NCBI GenBank assembly: GCA_964016885.1
Contig: OZ024745.1
Location: forward strand, 127,968,001-128,032,000
Direction of reading: 5' to 3'
DNA length: 64,000 bases
Origin: Eledone cirrhosa
Lineage: Eukaryota
Each line of letters begins with the position of its first letter. Position 1 is the stretch's first letter. The notes below the pieces were generated by a model, which was not told where the DNA came from, searched no databases, and worked only from the letters and a program-made list of their open reading frames with translations. The position numbers and the translations under genes are program-made. Positions 61,747 to 64,000 of this stretch are shown piece after piece.

Positions 61747-62774
61747 CTAGGGCGGGTAAAATTCCCGAGATCCATGGACGAGTTCTCTCCAGCGGTCTCT
61801 GGCCCTCATTATCGCTGCCATGTCCTGCGTCTCCAACAGACCAGTGTCTATCCTTAGGGCATCAACATACGTTAACCTTGGTCTTCCACTCCCAGTATGT
61901 CCATGTAGGGGCTCCCACAGGAGCACTGAGTGCAATGTCAACTCTTCCTATCCTCAGGCTCCGTTCCCTGGATCTGACTGGAACACCTCTTCCTCCCTGT
62001 GATCTCGTTGATGATCATCCAGCTCTCCTTACATCCAGATCTGTCAACCGCTCTCTCCACACTTCTGATCTTCTCTATCAGTGCCTCTTCTCTGGCCTCA
62101 GTGTAAGCGGTACAGAGTTCTTCCCTCATCACCTCCACAGTCTCCATCCTCTCCTCCGTAGGATCAGCATATAATTGGTCCTTGGCAGCTTTCAGGTGTT
62201 CTCTGGCTGCACACACTTTTGGGTTTGCAGAGCTGACGTGCTTCCTTTTGTTCTTTTTCCTCGGGACCAGAGTTTCACTTGCTTCCGCCACTGCACTGGT
62301 GAAGTGCCCGTACCTCCTCGTCACACTCTCCCCAGTCCATCCAATCTCTCTCTCCTCTGTCTCTCCACACAGAGCACTGAACCTGTTCCTCACTTCCACT
62401 GTGAACCTCTCCTGTAGCATATCATCTTCCTTGAAAGCTCCCCAGTCATAGATTGCTCTCCGGGGCTGAGCCTTGCTCTTTCTTAAGCTCACCCGGACCT
62501 CACTCATAACAAGCCGGTGGTCACTACTCAGTGTACTGAAATAGTTGTATGGTTCTGTGTTCAGAACACTATTCCGCCACTTTTTCCTCAACAGAATGAA
62601 ATCAATCTGGGACTTGGACAGGTGCATATCTGAGATGTAGGTCCACATCTTCCGTGGATTCTTCCTAAACCTTAGGTTGGTCGCTATCAAGTTCGCCTCC
62701 AGCAGGGTGTCTCTCAGTAGTCTTCCATTTCGGTTGGTGTTGTTATGGAAGTACCAGCAAGGATCTTCATTGCC
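61747..62774 (-). mobile_element. RTE LINE 3' portion: APE C-half + linker joined directly to the ORF C-terminus (RT deleted)
   Basis: GNEDPCWYFHNNTNRNG..WTY..SQIDFILLRKKWRNSV..SDHRLV...; jump at ~61940 to [28 protein letters not shown]. Confidence 0.9.
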
Positions 62775-63628
62775 CTCCTTATTCAGATCTGTCTTGGGTA
62801 TGACATTAAACTACATCCAGTGGCAAGGCTCCAGTTCGGGAGTTCAGGAGCTGTGGGAAATATGGAGTTACCCCTTAGTTGTCATAACTCCCAGGTCTGT
62901 TCTGGCCCGGTGTAGTAGTACCTGTTAGGGCCCCATTTATGGGTTAAATAACTACCTTATTCGAGTGGCGCCGGTAAGGTATTGTCAGCCATTGAAAAGA
63001 AATATGGAGAGTCGATCTAACAGTACTAGGGTTAGAGCCCCTAATTACACTGTCAAGGAGCTGTTTGGTCGTTATGACTCTGCTGGCTTAGAGCCACAGA
63101 GAGGACCAGTGGATGATGGATCAGCTGTCTCTGAGACAAATATAAAGAATGCAGTTTTGTCCTGCAGAACGGTCATCAAAATGGGCACTTTGAATGTGAG
63201 GACTATTCGGACGCTGGAGAAGAGAGAGGAGTTGGGTCATCTGTTCAAGGAGAGTGGTATACAGATACTTGCGATCCAAGAACACAGGATCCTACACGAT
63301 GAGCCCGTGAGGAGTGTGGTGATTGGGAAGAGGAGCCAGCTCATCACCACATCGGCAGTGAGGAACATGACCAATGCTGCAGTGGGAGGAGTGGGTTTTG
63401 TTTTCAGCACAAAAACCAGTCTATTGGTGAGGGAAATAATGCCTGTCTCCCCGCGAGTGTTGAAAGTGACCTTCAATGGAAACCCAAGACTGACAGTCAT
63501 CTCAGCCTATAGTCCAACCGAGGGAGACAGTGATGTGAGTGCAGAAAAGTTCCATGAGGAGGTGTGTAGAGCTGTCAACACCACTCAAGCACATAACACC
63601 CTGCTTGTTTTGGGGGACTTCAATGCAC

Positions 63629-63633
<5 letters not shown>
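62775..63633 (+). mobile_element. Inverted 5' portion of the same RTE: 5' UTR + APE endonuclease N-half
   Basis: MGTLNVRT..ILAIQEHR..GGVGF..VISAYSPTE..LLVLGDFNAHI then (TA)n. Confidence 0.9.
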
Positions 63634-63717
<84 letters not shown>

Positions 63718-64000
63718 TGTATGTGTGCGTGTGTGTGTGTGTACAGAGATAGAGAGAGAATAACAGAAATGCAAATTTCGGGTTAGATGTTAAGGACCTC
63801 TTTATTAACAAAGCTGTGATACATATTTCAATGACGTCTTGGCTACATGATCTCATCAGGCAACAATTTTATGTAATAAGGTTACAGTTCCAAGCAATCC
63901 AATCTAAAGAGATGGGAACGGACAGAAATTATGTTTTCATAACTGAAATCTATTCCCTTTAATATCTACACCGAGCTTCGCCTTTGCTACACAACACCGC

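Overview
AT-rich, microsatellite-saturated, non-genic eukaryotic DNA. The SINE/LINE repertoire and the density of (TA)n/(CA)n/(GA)n look like a cephalopod (octopus-type) genome; this is an inference. I found no credible intact host gene: almost all listed ORFs are simple-repeat translations, and the rest are transposon fragments. Recognisable content: many tRNA-derived SINEs (three with clear TSDs); RTE, CR1/L2-group and L1/Tx1 LINE fragments; two deletion derivatives of one Helitron family; and a hAT (Buster-like) element carrying ~3.5 kb of a 34-bp minisatellite. An RTE near the right end has an inverted 5' part and lacks its RT domain. The most striking signal is a set of at least seven distinct short non-coding element families, mostly sitting in or next to (TA)n tracts. 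They carry minimal type-I hammerhead ribozyme motifs (CTGANGA-stemII-GAAA-palindromic stemIII-TH), about 13 with canonical core plus a U3:A8 covariant family. Several are duplicated as fold-back palindromes. They are most likely Penelope-like/retrozyme-like retroelement termini. All motifs were read by eye; no folding or database searches were run.
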